64,000 nt of DNA from Antedon mediterranea (Eukaryota; Animalia; Echinodermata): contig NC_092678.1 in the NCBI RefSeq assembly GCF_964355755.1, forward strand, positions 8,944,422 through 9,008,421, in the 5' to 3' direction. Within the stretch, counting starts at the first letter, position 1. Every line of letters begins with the position of its first letter. Both the position numbers and the translations under genes were made by a program. Of the stretch, positions 51,301 to 60,125 are shown in pieces. Below the pieces are notes generated by a model. The model was not told where the DNA came from. It did no database searches and saw only the letters and a program-made list of their open reading frames with translations.

Positions 51301-54300
51301 TACTGTCTCGGTATGGTATCCAAAAATTGGTAGTCAAAATCACTAATAACCAATATGATGATAATGAAGGCACCAGTAATATTAAAGTACCTGCCAAGCC
51401 TACACAGTATTAAACCTACTGTGCGCCGTGGTCTCAATAACTAGACCCCTACAAAAATTGACATTTGAGGCGGATGTACATAATAATATTTACATATTAA
51501 AATAAAGAATATTTAAAGCCTGATAACATGCAACATGCAAAAATTGCTCCACCACCTATTATGGCTGCCGTGCGATCGTGTTTTGACAATGGGTAGGTGT
51601 TTTCCAAAGTTATTTTTAGTGCGTGGATTTCGGCTCGCCTGCTTTTGTACCTCCTTTTCAACTTGCGTTTTCTACTAAAATATTTAATAAACATAGATTA
51701 AAATATATATATATAAATAAACCCTTAAACAAGATCTTTCCAGACATATAATTTTGTCATTCTTATCCAATGTTTGCAAATCGATTTTCTATGCGCGTCT
51801 TTATTTTTAGACAAAAATCGACTAAAATAAAAAAGACAATAACTACTGTACAGACTTGGGGCAAGTGTAGTATAGTGCATGGTTGTTGTCTAAAAAGGTA
51901 ATTGTCCGGGATAGAAATTGTTGAGGCATTCTCTGTAGTAGTAGTAGTAGTAGTAGTAGTAGTGCTGCAATCACTTACTGTAGAAAGTATTGGACAGTAG
52001 TAGAAGCCATAACTATCTTTTAGTTCTTTATCATTCCTTCCTTCTTCTTTCATTTCCCTTTTCTTGTCCAAGAACTAAAACAAAGTGATTCAATAGATGA
52101 GTGTTATCCAACATTACCGACGGACACTTTTCCAAAACATTTGACTTTTATCAATTTATAAAACTATTCTGGTGGGAGGTTTAAATTCTTTGTATGTTTT
52201 TTATGCAAGTATTTAGTTATTTATCTTTTTTTTTTATTACACCTTATTTATAGAGGGTGACCCTAAACAGCGTATGCTGACAATCAAGGGGCCCTCTTGA
52301 TGAGTGACAGTGGCTGTGTATACTAGTACACCGGGGTAACCCCCTACTCGTTTCGAAAGATGTACTAGGTTCTTTAAAGTGCACATGAGCCAGATGTGTA
52401 CACTGGACCTACGGTTTATAGTCCTTATCCGAGAAGACTCATTCTACCACCAGAACCGTGCATACATAATTCTATTGCTAAAGTAAATTTAGTCATATGG
52501 TTGCAAAATACCTCAACTAAAAAAAAAAGTGAAATAATCCAAAAACGAAATTGTTATGGACGGACACTTTTTTGAGTTACGGACGGACACTTTTGCTCCT
52601 TCAAATGACTACAGTAATTGGCTACAAAAAACATGGTAATACCTATTCATTAACAATCATAGTAAAAAGTTTAAAAGTTGTTATATGATATCCTATTAAA
52701 CAGTGTAAAGTATAAAATCTCATTATGATTCTCATTAGCATTGGTAGTTACACTTTTACAGGAAAAATAAACTTTTTTTGTTGGTGCTTAGATAATTATT
52801 TTTGTTGACCCAATTAAAAAATGCCTATAGTGTGTAATATGTCCATCCATAACAAAAATGTTACGGATGGACATACATTGTAAATGGGTCTTTTAATTGG
52901 ATTTTTTATTTAATTGGATTTTTTACTAACCTCTGTCAAAAGCTGTTGGTTATTCACAATGTAAGCTGTGACATAAGCAAATCTGTTCTTTGACATCTGA
53001 TCTCTATAATTCTGCATTAATATTGGGTGGATTTCTTTCAGATACTCTCTTGAATCTAGTTTCACCTCTTGGAGTAGCTCTAAAAGTATATAATTCAACT
53101 TAATTAAAATAAAGGGATTGAAGAAAAAAGTTGAAAAGATAATAATTATATAAGTAAAGATAAAGATAACATAAAATTGCAACATATATTATAAAACCTT
53201 CAAAATCTTGAAGGATCCAATCAGCAACACAGCTCTTCAATACTTTTGCAATGTTAGGGAAATTGGCCTTTTTAAGGATTGGCGGTTAGTTTAGGTAAGG
53301 GGTACATCTACAGTACTGAATCCACACCAAAACCATGCTCATTTTTGTTATCTTTGACAGAGTTGGATAACATGCACTGGATTATTTAACTCAATAGGGA
53401 AATATGAATTTATCACATCAATACACGTTTCGTACTCGCGAGGTCACCGTCAGTTTGACCTTTTAGTGGGTATACAATGGTAAACAAACACAGCGAGAGG
53501 TATGTTAAAGCATAGGAGAACTGAGAGATGATCATCTTAAAAAGCAATCGTCAAAACTAGCCTTTTGATGGAATGGCATGGTAAGGATGTTATTTATTTT
53601 CTAAACTTATGTTTTATATTCACTGTAGAATTATTTGGGCATTTGGTTCGGAATCATCGACTTTATTTATGTATTGTCATTTTTGGTTTGACACATATAT
53701 ATTACGGTGCATTTAATACATGTTAACTGTTGATTTTATTTACAAATGTTGCGTAAATATATTAATTATTATCTTTCATTCTTCTTCATGCTCCTATTGC
53801 ATCTTCCATGTATTATGTGATGTTCTTCGGCGCTTAAACAGACACCCAAGCCTCGTAGGCCTAGTAGACGAAGTACCGCATCAGGCAACGCCACCGGGCA
53901 GGCGGAGAGACACGAGCACATCGTGGACGTACCTTTCCTTGAAAAATTTCCAAGATTTTGCGCCACTCTCCTTCGGAGCCGACGCAAACCACTCAGCAAG
54001 TGTTTGAACATTAAAAACAGGAATATTATTCAGTGATTTTGTGTAGTTAAATTCACGATTTATCCAACATGTACAACATTTATGATGCACCTTGCAACAA
54101 AAGCACTCGACAGTCGCCATTTCGCTATGCTTCAACACGCACTAGGCGAGAGGTGTTCGGTTTGTTTACAAATCTATACCCACTATTTCTGATTGGTCGC
54201 GAGCGAGAAACGTGTCTATAGAAAAGAAAAGCCAACTTAACCATTTTCATCAAGAAAAATCCTAAAGCCATTGTGGGAAATGGAACAAACCAACCCATGA

Positions 54301-57129
54301 TCGCAAAGTCACCCCTGCAGTCACCCCATTACAAAGTCGTTCCTCCGCACCCACCCCATTGCAAGTTTCCACCATTTAAATGTTAAAACAATTAAATTTC
54401 AAACATTATGTGCGATTTGCGCAATGATATTCTAGCACAATTTGAACACAAAAAAAACAGTTTGTGGCATAAGCATAAGGAGAAAGCCCTGCCATGTAGT
54501 CTCAGGTTGCACTATCTCGGCAACGCTCCCATGAGGGGAAGCCCTGCTGTAATTACTCTGCGGTTGTACTACTAACATGCTAGTTTACCAGGGGGAAACC
54601 CCGTAATTATTCCATGGTCGGACTACCAACGTGATAGTTCACCAATAGAAGGGGAAACCCTGCCGTAGTTACTCCAGTTTTTATTTTTTTGGTCACGATA
54701 AAATGATAAAGATGTTAGGATCTAAATTATTTATTTTACCGTGTGGATATTTTTTATTTGGTCGATGAATATTTATAATAAATAATTACATTGTTTTATT
54801 TTACAGGTCTAGGAGAAAGATGTGTGCCTTCAAAAATGACAATTTGTAAATTAAGAATTATAATATTCGGCACACAGTATGTTAACAGTACATATATTAT
54901 TAATTAATGTCTTTACAGACACTCAGGGAAGGTAGACTAAATATGTGTCTTTTATTTTATATGCAACAACATATAAACAATTATTGATAAACATTTATTT
55001 TATTTTACTATTAGTATTAGTATTATTAATGAACATTAATAAGCCTGAATAAAGCAATCCATGATAAAATTGCACCATATTCCAAATCCATGGTGTTAAA
55101 AATGTATTCTATCAATTAATTTCAGTTATATGCATTATCATGCATGTAACCTTATTGATTCTGTCAGAATCTTTATTTATTTATTCTTTCCTTAGCACTA
55201 TTTTGTCCATCAATTATCTTGATATCAGTTTCATCTAGCAGAGTCAATTTTTCAGAGTATATTCCTTATGGCCAGGAATCGATGTGGTTATGTTTTCATG
55301 GTGTGCAATAAAAAATTACATGGTCTACAAATTTAACAAATCATGTTTGTAATCATATCTTCACAAGCAATTTGGTAGGCCTACTCATAAATTTCAGGTC
55401 AGAACGCATGCGTAGCGCATATAACGCATGCATACACGCGCTTAAAATTGTTTTAATTGCCATGCGCAGATTTTTGCACTCTCAATGCGCATCAAACGTT
55501 AATGTGTGTACTCTTTTTGCTCGATCTCTGTTTTACAACCTTTCTTTAGTAATATATGATCATATTTGATTCACTTTTCAACTCCAAATTGCGTTATACG
55601 AGCACGTCAAAAGGTCTATGCACGTGTAAGTTAACAAAATAGTGAAAATATGCTAAATTTGAAAATTAATATACAGTAGATCGTCAGAATGCTCGAGAAC
55701 ATCTATTTTTCATTTCATTTTCTTGAAGTGTATGTATATGTATGATTTATTATGAAATTTTTAATTAATTTCATCAAAAAAATTATGACATTTTCTAAAT
55801 ATACAAACTTAACATTAACTTTCTTCCTTAAAGTTAAAAGTTATATATACAGTAGTTTGACAGTTGCATCATTTTTTGTAATTTTTTACCTCCGCCAAGA
55901 AGGTACAGTATATGTGATCGATCGTGTGTGTTTGTTTGTTTGTCTGTCTGTTTGTTTGTCTGTTTGTTTGGTTGTTAGCAGGATTATTCAAAAAGTAATT
56001 AAAAGATCTTTACCAAAATGAATATACAGATAGTGTGGTCAAGGACCATTCCATTAAATTTAATGTGGAAGAATTTCCATCAATTTCGCTTGTCATTTCA
56101 ACCAATAGTTAATTATAACAACAAAATAAAATTAATGTTTCAATAATATAATAATAACATCACTCGCGGGAGAGAGAGGGGCGACTTGTGCGATTCTTAC
56201 GCATGCGCAAAATAACTCTGTGTATCTAGCAAGATAGGCATGTGGCTATGTGACTTACCTTTTGGTGACCATGACGCACCCATTTTGACGCACTGTGACC
56301 ATGTTTTTTATGATATTTTGGGTGGTAAAGTGACAGACAATGACACACCATTGGTCATTGATTTGACGTACCATCTAGGTTTTTTGACGCATGTCTGCGT
56401 CAATAATTTTGTGTAAATGACGCACCCCTCCCGGAGGTCGTATAGTGGGTCATACAATTGACAAGTGCATAAAGATCAAAAGAATTAAGTTTACCTACTT
56501 CAGTATCAATCGGCCAAAAGCTTTACAACAACTTTACAGCATCTCACTCACTCACAAACAATGTAAATACATAATAATAAAATGTTTATACTAAACTTAC
56601 CCTTGTCATTTTTATGTTTGCGTGGAATAACAAAAGGTTTTTTCAAAGGTGCATAAGGTTGTCGTTTTTTTACATTTTCCAATAGTTTTGTAGTCAATGT
56701 TCTCTTTTTAACTGAAACAACTTCAACATCGCTTCCGGACCCAGTTGCATCAAAGGAAGGCGATTTTCTTGAAAAAGTTGAGTCAGACTCAGGTTCAGAG
56801 GCATTTGTCCTAATTTGGTTGGTCTCCATGTTTAAATTTTGAACGTTAGCATTTTCAATTTCTGTTGATTCACAACACGATCTGGGAGTTTCATCACAAT
56901 TTATAGACCTAGGCAGCAACAATTTAGTCCTAGGCCTATCAATCAAGGAAGTGGCGATAGGCCTATCCCCTGTCTTTCTGTTGCAGCAGGTTTTGCCATC
57001 GACATCTCCCGCGATCAAATCATGTGCAGAACCTCTTTCGAAATTTTCACCACTCTCAATATTCTGTGAATCTTTACTGAGGTCACATTTCAAATGTTTA
57101 CTTACTAGCCTATCAAAAACATTTGCCAT
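14118..57129 (-). CDS. TASOR: TASOR-like (FAM208A/HUSH core) protein: DUF3715 pseudo-PARP + SPOC + long low-complexity tail; 19 exons, ~3,697 aa (gene span)
   Basis: Motifs FVIPRK, DSREY, VNNQQLLTEFLDKKREMKEEGRNDKELKDSYGF, LGNPSMGVYVSRHSD, IFRIIKGKVKSI, LEPTPNYDCHISKNA, YLYEYGDEDMVARPRHAYPYAVVKF match human TASOR DUF3715 as remembered; WKGKLTNK...PFKLPNYLDL matches its SPOC start. All 19 exons join in phase (11,094 nt). Joining of exons 12-19 rests on phase continuity only. Confidence 0.8.
14853..16448 (-). repeat. Coding minisatellite: 28 x 57 bp (MGGDPRNQPCVPMHGNQQQ)
   Basis: 57-bp period (cttggatctcc at 15121 and 15178); 28 units counted in the translation, no indels. Confidence 0.95.
17075..17690 (-). 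repeat. Coding 261-bp (87-aa) tandem duplication, about 2.3 copies
   Basis: gaatatcttcaatatgtc at 17075, 17336, 17597; RRHIEDI repeats. Confidence 0.92.
19786..21079. mobile_element. Non-autonomous TIR element with TAG...CTA termini (Academ-like)
   Basis: tagacaggtccaagccaagaaaaaact...cagtggatttgtcatcccaacactatactttatgaaat is inverted at 21000-21079; internal ~50-bp tandem units at 20160-20300. Confidence 0.7.
20460..20915 (-). mobile_element. 3' fragment of a LINE ORF2 (Rex1/Babar-like), decayed
   Basis: YKYLGMVIDDKLNW...FYKSVMQSVLDYSCLIWFSSL...NKACRII...HPL...SGRRF, with stops and frameshifts. Confidence 0.7.
22414..22493 (-). CDS. TASOR: TASOR-like exon 18
   Basis: VTSVILGLDSSLGVQGRINTSNIQDT; phase 0 to 2, donor AG|gtgag. 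Confidence 0.62.
23025..23168 (-). mobile_element. Old CORE-type (MIR-like) tRNA SINE fragment
   Basis: catttttacacctgggtggaaagaggc...aagtgtcttgc resembles the CORE domain; reverse B-box ggattcaaactc. Confidence 0.55.
23195..24322 (-). CDS. TASOR: TASOR-like exon 17 (1.1 kb)
   Basis: 388-aa ORF, acceptor 24323-24324, donor AAG|gtaaat. Confidence 0.75.
24675..24732 (+). mobile_element. Solo terminus of the Kolobok-like family
   Basis: ttaa|ggatgtattgttccccgaaaacatgaaaaatgaagatttaaataatcagattttg is the reverse complement of the 59190-59247 end. Confidence 0.55.
25135..25600. repeat. ~153-bp tandem repeat x3 inside the Academ-like element
   Basis: caccaaaatgttccttatatacatatttata at about 25201, 25353, 25509. 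Confidence 0.9.
26680..26850 (+). mobile_element. 3' end fragment of an L2/CR1-group LINE ORF2
   Basis: YGHHALSYAAPMIWNSLPNCIKDAQSVAFFKRLLKTYF is the typical L2/CR1 ORF2 C-terminal motif. Confidence 0.75.
27231..27521. repeat. 141-bp tandem duplication
   Basis: gtcaaaggtcaataaccacacttccggtc at 27231 and 27372. Confidence 0.92.
27688..29762. mobile_element. Non-autonomous Mutator/MULE-like element
   Basis: Perfect 9-bp TSD ataaacagt (27679-27687, 29763-29771); G-starting TIRs with subterminal gcgaggca repeats. Confidence 0.82.
28737..29576. repeat. Foldback: ~290-bp diverged inverted arms inside the MULE
   Basis: 28737-29030 is the reverse complement of 29298-29576 (e.g. tttctatggagcgccaaaagagcaa / ttgctcttttggcgttccatagaaa). 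Confidence 0.85.
30362..30455 (-). CDS. TASOR: TASOR-like exon 16
   Basis: NVSIDGDDMSQSLIDGILSTVHRKKMKSKNK; phase 2 to 0 bridges exons 15 and 17. Confidence 0.68.
30729..32278 (+). mobile_element. Non-autonomous Helentron/HINE-type rolling-circle element
   Basis: 5' subTIR agttatccgc with nearby inverted gcagataact; 3' gcggataact, hairpin ctcgtcaaagtgacgag, then ctagtt; T-rich target. Confidence 0.75.
32722..34462 (-). CDS. TASOR: TASOR-like exon 15 (1.7 kb)
   Basis: 579-aa ORF; acceptor 34463-34464, donor AG|gtatga. Confidence 0.78.
34677..36105 (-). CDS. TASOR: TASOR-like exon 14 (1.4-kb low-complexity, Lys-rich)
   Basis: 462-aa ORF extended to acceptor 36106-36107; donor T|gtaagt. Confidence 0.78.
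36590..38180 (+). mobile_element. Two head-to-tail diverged copies of the same Helentron/HINE family
   Basis: 3' ends cggataacc...ctcgtcaaagtaacgag...ctagtt (37020-37063) and gcggataacc...ctcgtccgtagtgacgag (38137-38180); internal colinearity with 30729-32278. Confidence 0.72.
38362..38538. mobile_element. Short palindromic MITE
   Basis: taccttttcacaccaaaa / ttttggtgtgaaaggggta with internal ctccggag palindromes. Confidence 0.65.
38734..38800 (+). pseudogene. Decayed tRNA-derived / SINE head
   Basis: A-box tagcttggtgg and B-box ggttctaatcc at tRNA spacing; no intact cloverleaf. Confidence 0.45.
38896..39073 (-). CDS. TASOR: TASOR-like exon 13 (second coiled coil)
   Basis: EEEQEQ...GRKLRQLQEQLFALHRAREELE...HSLQ; phase 2 to 0. 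Confidence 0.75.
40389..40830 (-). CDS. TASOR: TASOR-like exon 12 (coiled coil, KDPRL, Pro/Ser-rich)
   Basis: Open frame, ag/gtaagt boundaries, phase 1 to 2. Confidence 0.78.
41382..41499 (-). CDS. TASOR: TASOR-like exon 11 (SPOC end)
   Basis: VSVVKLPGTYELFFYSSEKASDALYCLFSSK; in phase. Confidence 0.8.
42116..42744. mobile_element. hAT-like MITE
   Basis: TIRs cagaggtcctaagtt / aacttgggacctctg; flanks ctaatg/ctattg. Confidence 0.6.
42783..42966 (+). mobile_element. Short DINE-1/HINE-like element with GTTT/GTCT microsatellite
   Basis: ttacctccaccaaggagg...gtttgtttg...ggcggaggtatgc...ttctagtt; sibling at 55885. Confidence 0.7.
43093..43700. mobile_element. MITE with ggccattcca-type TIRs and 29-bp terminal tandem repeats
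   Basis: cggccattccaaggcaaaaccacgta / tacgttgttttaccatggaatgacc, followed by repeats of gttgttttgccacagaatatcgcagt. Confidence 0.55.
44152..44255 (-). CDS. TASOR: TASOR-like exon 10 (SPOC)
   Basis: VQLNGRYYLNCICKSSFGDKTKIQNLVSYLQKHRI; in phase. Confidence 0.82.
44500..44600 (-). CDS. TASOR: TASOR-like exon 9 (SPOC)
   Basis: PNYLDLTMKVPIERLKTQLPERLFNASAENLLE. Confidence 0.85.
45322..45433 (-). CDS. TASOR: TASOR-like exon 8 (SPOC start)
   Basis: YTIWKGKLTNKKNPLFTVELISKGVPIIPFKL; NAGNAG acceptor, donor gtaagt. Confidence 0.85.
46086..47070. mobile_element. Non-autonomous TIR element (hAT-like termini)
   Basis: tagggcggattgctataa / ttatagcaatccgttcctg; TSD not recognisable. Confidence 0.55.
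47097..47346 (-). CDS. TASOR: TASOR-like exon 7 (end of DUF3715, linker)
   Basis: IYLYEYGDEDMVARPRHAYPYAVVKFNFK. Confidence 0.9.
47722..47841 (-). CDS. TASOR: TASOR-like exon 6 (DUF3715)
   Basis: GKVKSIQESYSNTVTLEPTPNYDCHISKNAKQKTNYDVNQ. Confidence 0.9.
47920..48666. repeat. 24-bp minisatellite, ~31 near-identical copies (aaatagtaccgtattgtgtctaat)
   Basis: Direct reading; one variant unit near 48601. Confidence 0.97.
48646..49077. mobile_element. Tc1/mariner-type MITE whose left TIR seeds the minisatellite
   Basis: taccgtattgtgtctaataaacgcc / ggcatttattagaagcaataaggta. Confidence 0.65.
49134..49228 (-). CDS. TASOR: TASOR-like exon 5 (DUF3715)
   Basis: VYVSRHSDIVRPALFVPNSQEHFLVIFRIIK. Confidence 0.9.
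50097..50169 (-). CDS. TASOR: TASOR-like exon 4 (DUF3715)
   Basis: AKEIAARGLRIKTSLIKCLGNPSMG. Confidence 0.9.
50278..50972. mobile_element. Harbinger-like non-autonomous element
   Basis: ggtcgtgttcgtacggtggttaaaata / tattttcaacccctacgaacgggccc inverted ends. Confidence 0.5.
51010..51095 (+). mobile_element. Left terminus of a hAT-like element
   Basis: cagggttcgtacac followed by subterminal ttcaaggaca repeats; right end not found. Confidence 0.4.
51934..51963. repeat. (GTA)n microsatellite just inside intron 3
   Basis: Direct reading. Confidence 0.95.
51979..52074 (-). CDS. TASOR: TASOR-like exon 3 (DUF3715)
   Basis: FLDKKREMKEEGRNDKELKDSYGFYYCPILST; donor gtaagt. Confidence 0.9.
52224..52460 (-). 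mobile_element. Second Nin/Deu-domain SINE, 5'-truncated, different 3' tail
   Basis: Core nearly identical to 10577-10706; tail unrelated; A-rich end. Confidence 0.75.
52931..53079 (-). CDS. TASOR: TASOR-like exon 2 (DUF3715)
   Basis: ELLQEVKLDSREYLKEIHPILMQNYRD...AYIVNNQQLLTE; ag/gttagt. Confidence 0.88.
53421..54217 (-). mobile_element. Internally deleted ISL2EU-like DNA transposon with relic of its SWIM/YqaJ-type second ORF
   Basis: Inverted ends acacgtttcgtactcgcga / tcgcgagcgagaaacgtgt plus agtgggtata...gtaaacaaac; AT flank on right; relic KSWKFFKERYVHDV...IIHGRCNRSMKKNE. Confidence 0.5.
55885..56062 (+). mobile_element. DINE-1/HINE-like element, 5' part
   Basis: ttacctccgccaagaagg...(gttt/gtct)n...gttagcaggattattcaaaaagt; colinear with 42783. 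Confidence 0.7.
56601..57129 (-). CDS. TASOR: TASOR-like exon 1 (disordered N-terminus to FVIPRK)
   Basis: ATG 57129, ORF to KPFVIPRKHKNDK, donor G|gtaagt. Confidence 0.85.
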
Positions 57130-57222
57130 AGTTTTTTTTATAATATCTGAATCTTACAATTTAAGCTTCATTTCCTTATACCATCAAGCTTGCTAGCTCC
57201 TAGGCCTAGCTAGTAGTTTTTT

Positions 57223-57236
57223 AAAACGCCATTTTT
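57223..57236 (-). promoter_or_regulatory. YY1-like AAAATGGCG motif ~100 bp upstream of the TASOR-like ATG (likely near the TSS)
   Basis: aaaaatggcg on -; YY1 sites commonly lie just downstream of metazoan TSSs (inference). Confidence 0.35.
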
Positions 57237-57260
57237 GTTCATTGAGAGAATGGAGATGTA

Positions 57261-57713
57261 CGGGGCGCAGTTTGGTACACTAAATTGTGTGACAGAAATA
57301 ATTCAATTCGGACACATAACACTATCAACAAACCAATGTAAAATATACAGAGATGGTCATGACTTCAAAGTAAATAATTTTACTATAATTAACTCTTGTC
57401 ATACATAATAGTTGAGAACGGTACAGAAATAATTAGGCTAGGTGTTAATAGTATATTAATTATGTACTACATAATTAATTCTGTTCTAAAAAATGCATAA
57501 TTGCTTATCGTGGACTTCAATTCATTTTATATCGACAAAATTAATTTTATACGCAGATAATTCATTATATATGGACAGAATTAATTCTGTGTGGACAGAA
57601 ATCATTATATTATAGAGAGAGACAGAATAATTTATGTGTCACACATGATCGTTGTGCCGAGGTCTTGGGTGTCACAAGCCTGTGTTTTAAATAGTGTTCC
57701 AAACTGCACCCCG
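57261..57713. mobile_element. TA-flanked MITE in the TASOR-like promoter region
   Basis: TIRs cggggcgcagtttggtacacta / tagtgttccaaactgcaccccg, TA on both sides. Confidence 0.78.
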
Positions 57714-57735
57714 TAGTGGTGTACATGCGCGGGAG

Positions 57736-58610
57736 GCGATTTTTTTTTTCGTACATAAGTTGGGGACCCCTCATGAAACGTCACAAAATAAACATGAATA
57801 ATTCATCAGTTAAATTTGTTGTTCCGTGTGCACCCAAGCGTATAGCAACAAGAAGTGATTACACAACTGCGATACGATACTTTCTACAGTAGGCCTAGGA
57901 TTCTAAAGTCAATTCACGTGATTGCCTTCGCGCACTCTTCTTCACACAAAATGTGTCGAGTCGAGGCTAATCGACAGCTAGGCAAGACATTAAACTAAGT
58001 AGTAATTCATTGGAACATAGCCCAAAGAAAGCTTAGACCCACAAGAAAGAATGTGTATAATTTGTGTACTGTATTTTTTTAATTCTGCTATTTTATTATC
58101 AAACAATATACATGTACTCAAAGGAACTTTAAAAATGTCCGTATATGAACACATGAGATGGGAAGATTAGACCCACGAGAATAAAAAATGTATTTTTGTG
58201 TAATGTTTATTGTTTAATTTTGCTGACTTATTACTCGATTGTGTCATACCTAACACACACACGTCACACACACCCACACAGCTACTACTAGGCCTAGAAT
58301 TATAGACATGGGTTTAGAGACTAATAATTAGGCCTAATAGTATTAATAGAAACTATAATTTTAACACGTAATTCTTTAGTAATAAATTATATTAAAAACA
58401 CCATAAACTAAAGGCTGATTATTTCGACAATCCACACAAAACGCCGCTATTCTGCTATGAAATCGCACGCCGCAACAGCGGAGATAGGCCTCTTGTTGCT
58501 ATACGCTTGGGTGCACACGGAACACGAAAATTTAACTGATGAATTATTCATGTTTATTTTGTGACGTTTCATGAGGGAGTCCCCAACTTATGTACGAAAA
58601 AAAAAATCGC
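57736..58610. mobile_element. Young Mutator/MULE-like MITE
   Basis: ~115-bp near-perfect TIRs; perfect 9-bp TSD gcgcgggag (57727-57735, 58611-58619). Confidence 0.88.
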
Positions 58611-58899
58611 GCGCGGGAGTGACTGCATGTGTGTCCTCCTCTTTCGGGTCGGCTCCGCATCGTGTGCTCGTCCGAATCCGGGACGATTCGACCATGAGAC
58701 GATTCGAGGTATACAGAGCGTCATTCTGACGATAGAGCATTCTCTACGGAGCGCCATGTATGCGCGCCTTTACGGTATTATTTTACTTCCGAAATATAGT
58801 ACTACGGTAACCGGTCCAGTGGATCAAATTTGGCACCGGTGGAGAACAGTGATATAGAATAGCAATAAGTCACTAATTTAAATATATTTCATATTTTAA

Positions 58900-59247
58900 A
58901 GATGTAATGTCAGCCTGAAAAAATAAATCTTAACACAATTTTTCTTGAATTTGCCATTTTAATGTAGGCCTAACATAATAGTTATCCACTTTGACCAAAA
59001 ATTGGATCGAAAAAAATGTATTTACCTGAATAAACTATAATTTAAAGCACAAAAATGGTCTAATTGGCTGCCAGCCAATGGTTTTTGGTTGAATTTAACC
59101 ATAGGCCTACATTTTGTGATTTTATAAGTTAAAATAATTTGTTTGTTTTCTACGGAAGTGATTAACTTGATTAAAACTACAAAACACATATTCAAAGTCT
59201 GATTTAATTAATCTTTAGTTTTCATGTTTTTGGGGGACAATACATCT
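58900..59247. mobile_element. Kolobok-like MITE inserted in a ~100-bp tandem repeat
   Basis: TTAA|AGATGTAATGTC...GACAATACATCT|TTAA; flanks repeat gtgga.caaatttggcacc.gtggag. Confidence 0.72.
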
Positions 59248-59630
59248 TTAATACACTGTGCTCAAGTGGACCAAATTTGGCACCAGTGGAGCACATTGAT
59301 ATAAAATAGAAATAAGTCACTGCATTTTAATATCTTTTCATATGTTAAATACAATACACTGTTCAGCTTAATTGAACCCAATTTGCCACCCGGGGGAGTA
59401 TATAGAAACAACAATATCTTTAGCAGAGTCAATGTTCTTAAAAATGGTTACATCAGTAGATTAAGTTTATCTTATAATAGTTTAGTCCAGGACCATCCCC
59501 ATATCGACATTTTTAATTCCAATCTTTATCTGTTTCGTCGTAATTTAAGTGTTTGAGCTAGTCCCCCAGTCGACAGATATAATTCCATATGTAGGTCTAA
59601 TGAACTTTTGTATGGAGTGAGTTCGTAATT

Positions 59631-60125
59631 GGTTATCCGCACTTGGCATATAACCCCTTGTTATTGTCAGGATCTTTTTTTTCTATCTTATTCTTCTTTC
59701 TTTCCACAAATTTTTTTCTTTTCAACATAAAATTAAATAATATCAAAGATTGAAATCTATCTGAAGATGTCGTAATAAGGTTTTCGGTGCTGTCCAAGTT
59801 GTACGCATGATTATACGATTTTTAAAAATTTTTCTTAAATTCAGAACCAAAAGACATTTCTTATTGAAACTTAAGAAAATGATAATTCATATCAAGGGTA
59901 AAATTTCTATGGAGTAAAAATGGCGTGTTGCACACCAAATTACGCGCGCACGCGTGTTTAAAATGTTTAAATGCGAAAAATCAAATTCTAATCAACTTTC
60001 TACGCGTTTCATGTCATTTTAAGCAATGTAAACGCACGTACCGGTAAAAAACATATTTTTTTCGCGTCAATTTTGTTTTTCCATATTTCCAAATTTTGCG
60101 CATCGTATGCTGTGACGTCATCATA
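59631..60125 (+). mobile_element. 5' part of Helentron/HINE family element upstream of a tRNA-Ala fragment
   Basis: ggttatccgc...ataacc-cttgttattg end and internal similarity to 30729-31150. Confidence 0.65.

Noticed and set aside
2041-57129. Functional link between the SLC6 transporter and the TASOR-like gene
   Set aside because: Adjacency alone is uninformative in animal genomes; each has its own start and stop
58561-58857. 98-aa ORF as the start of a divergent gene
   Set aside because: Begins inside the MULE TIR; no donor site or downstream exons found
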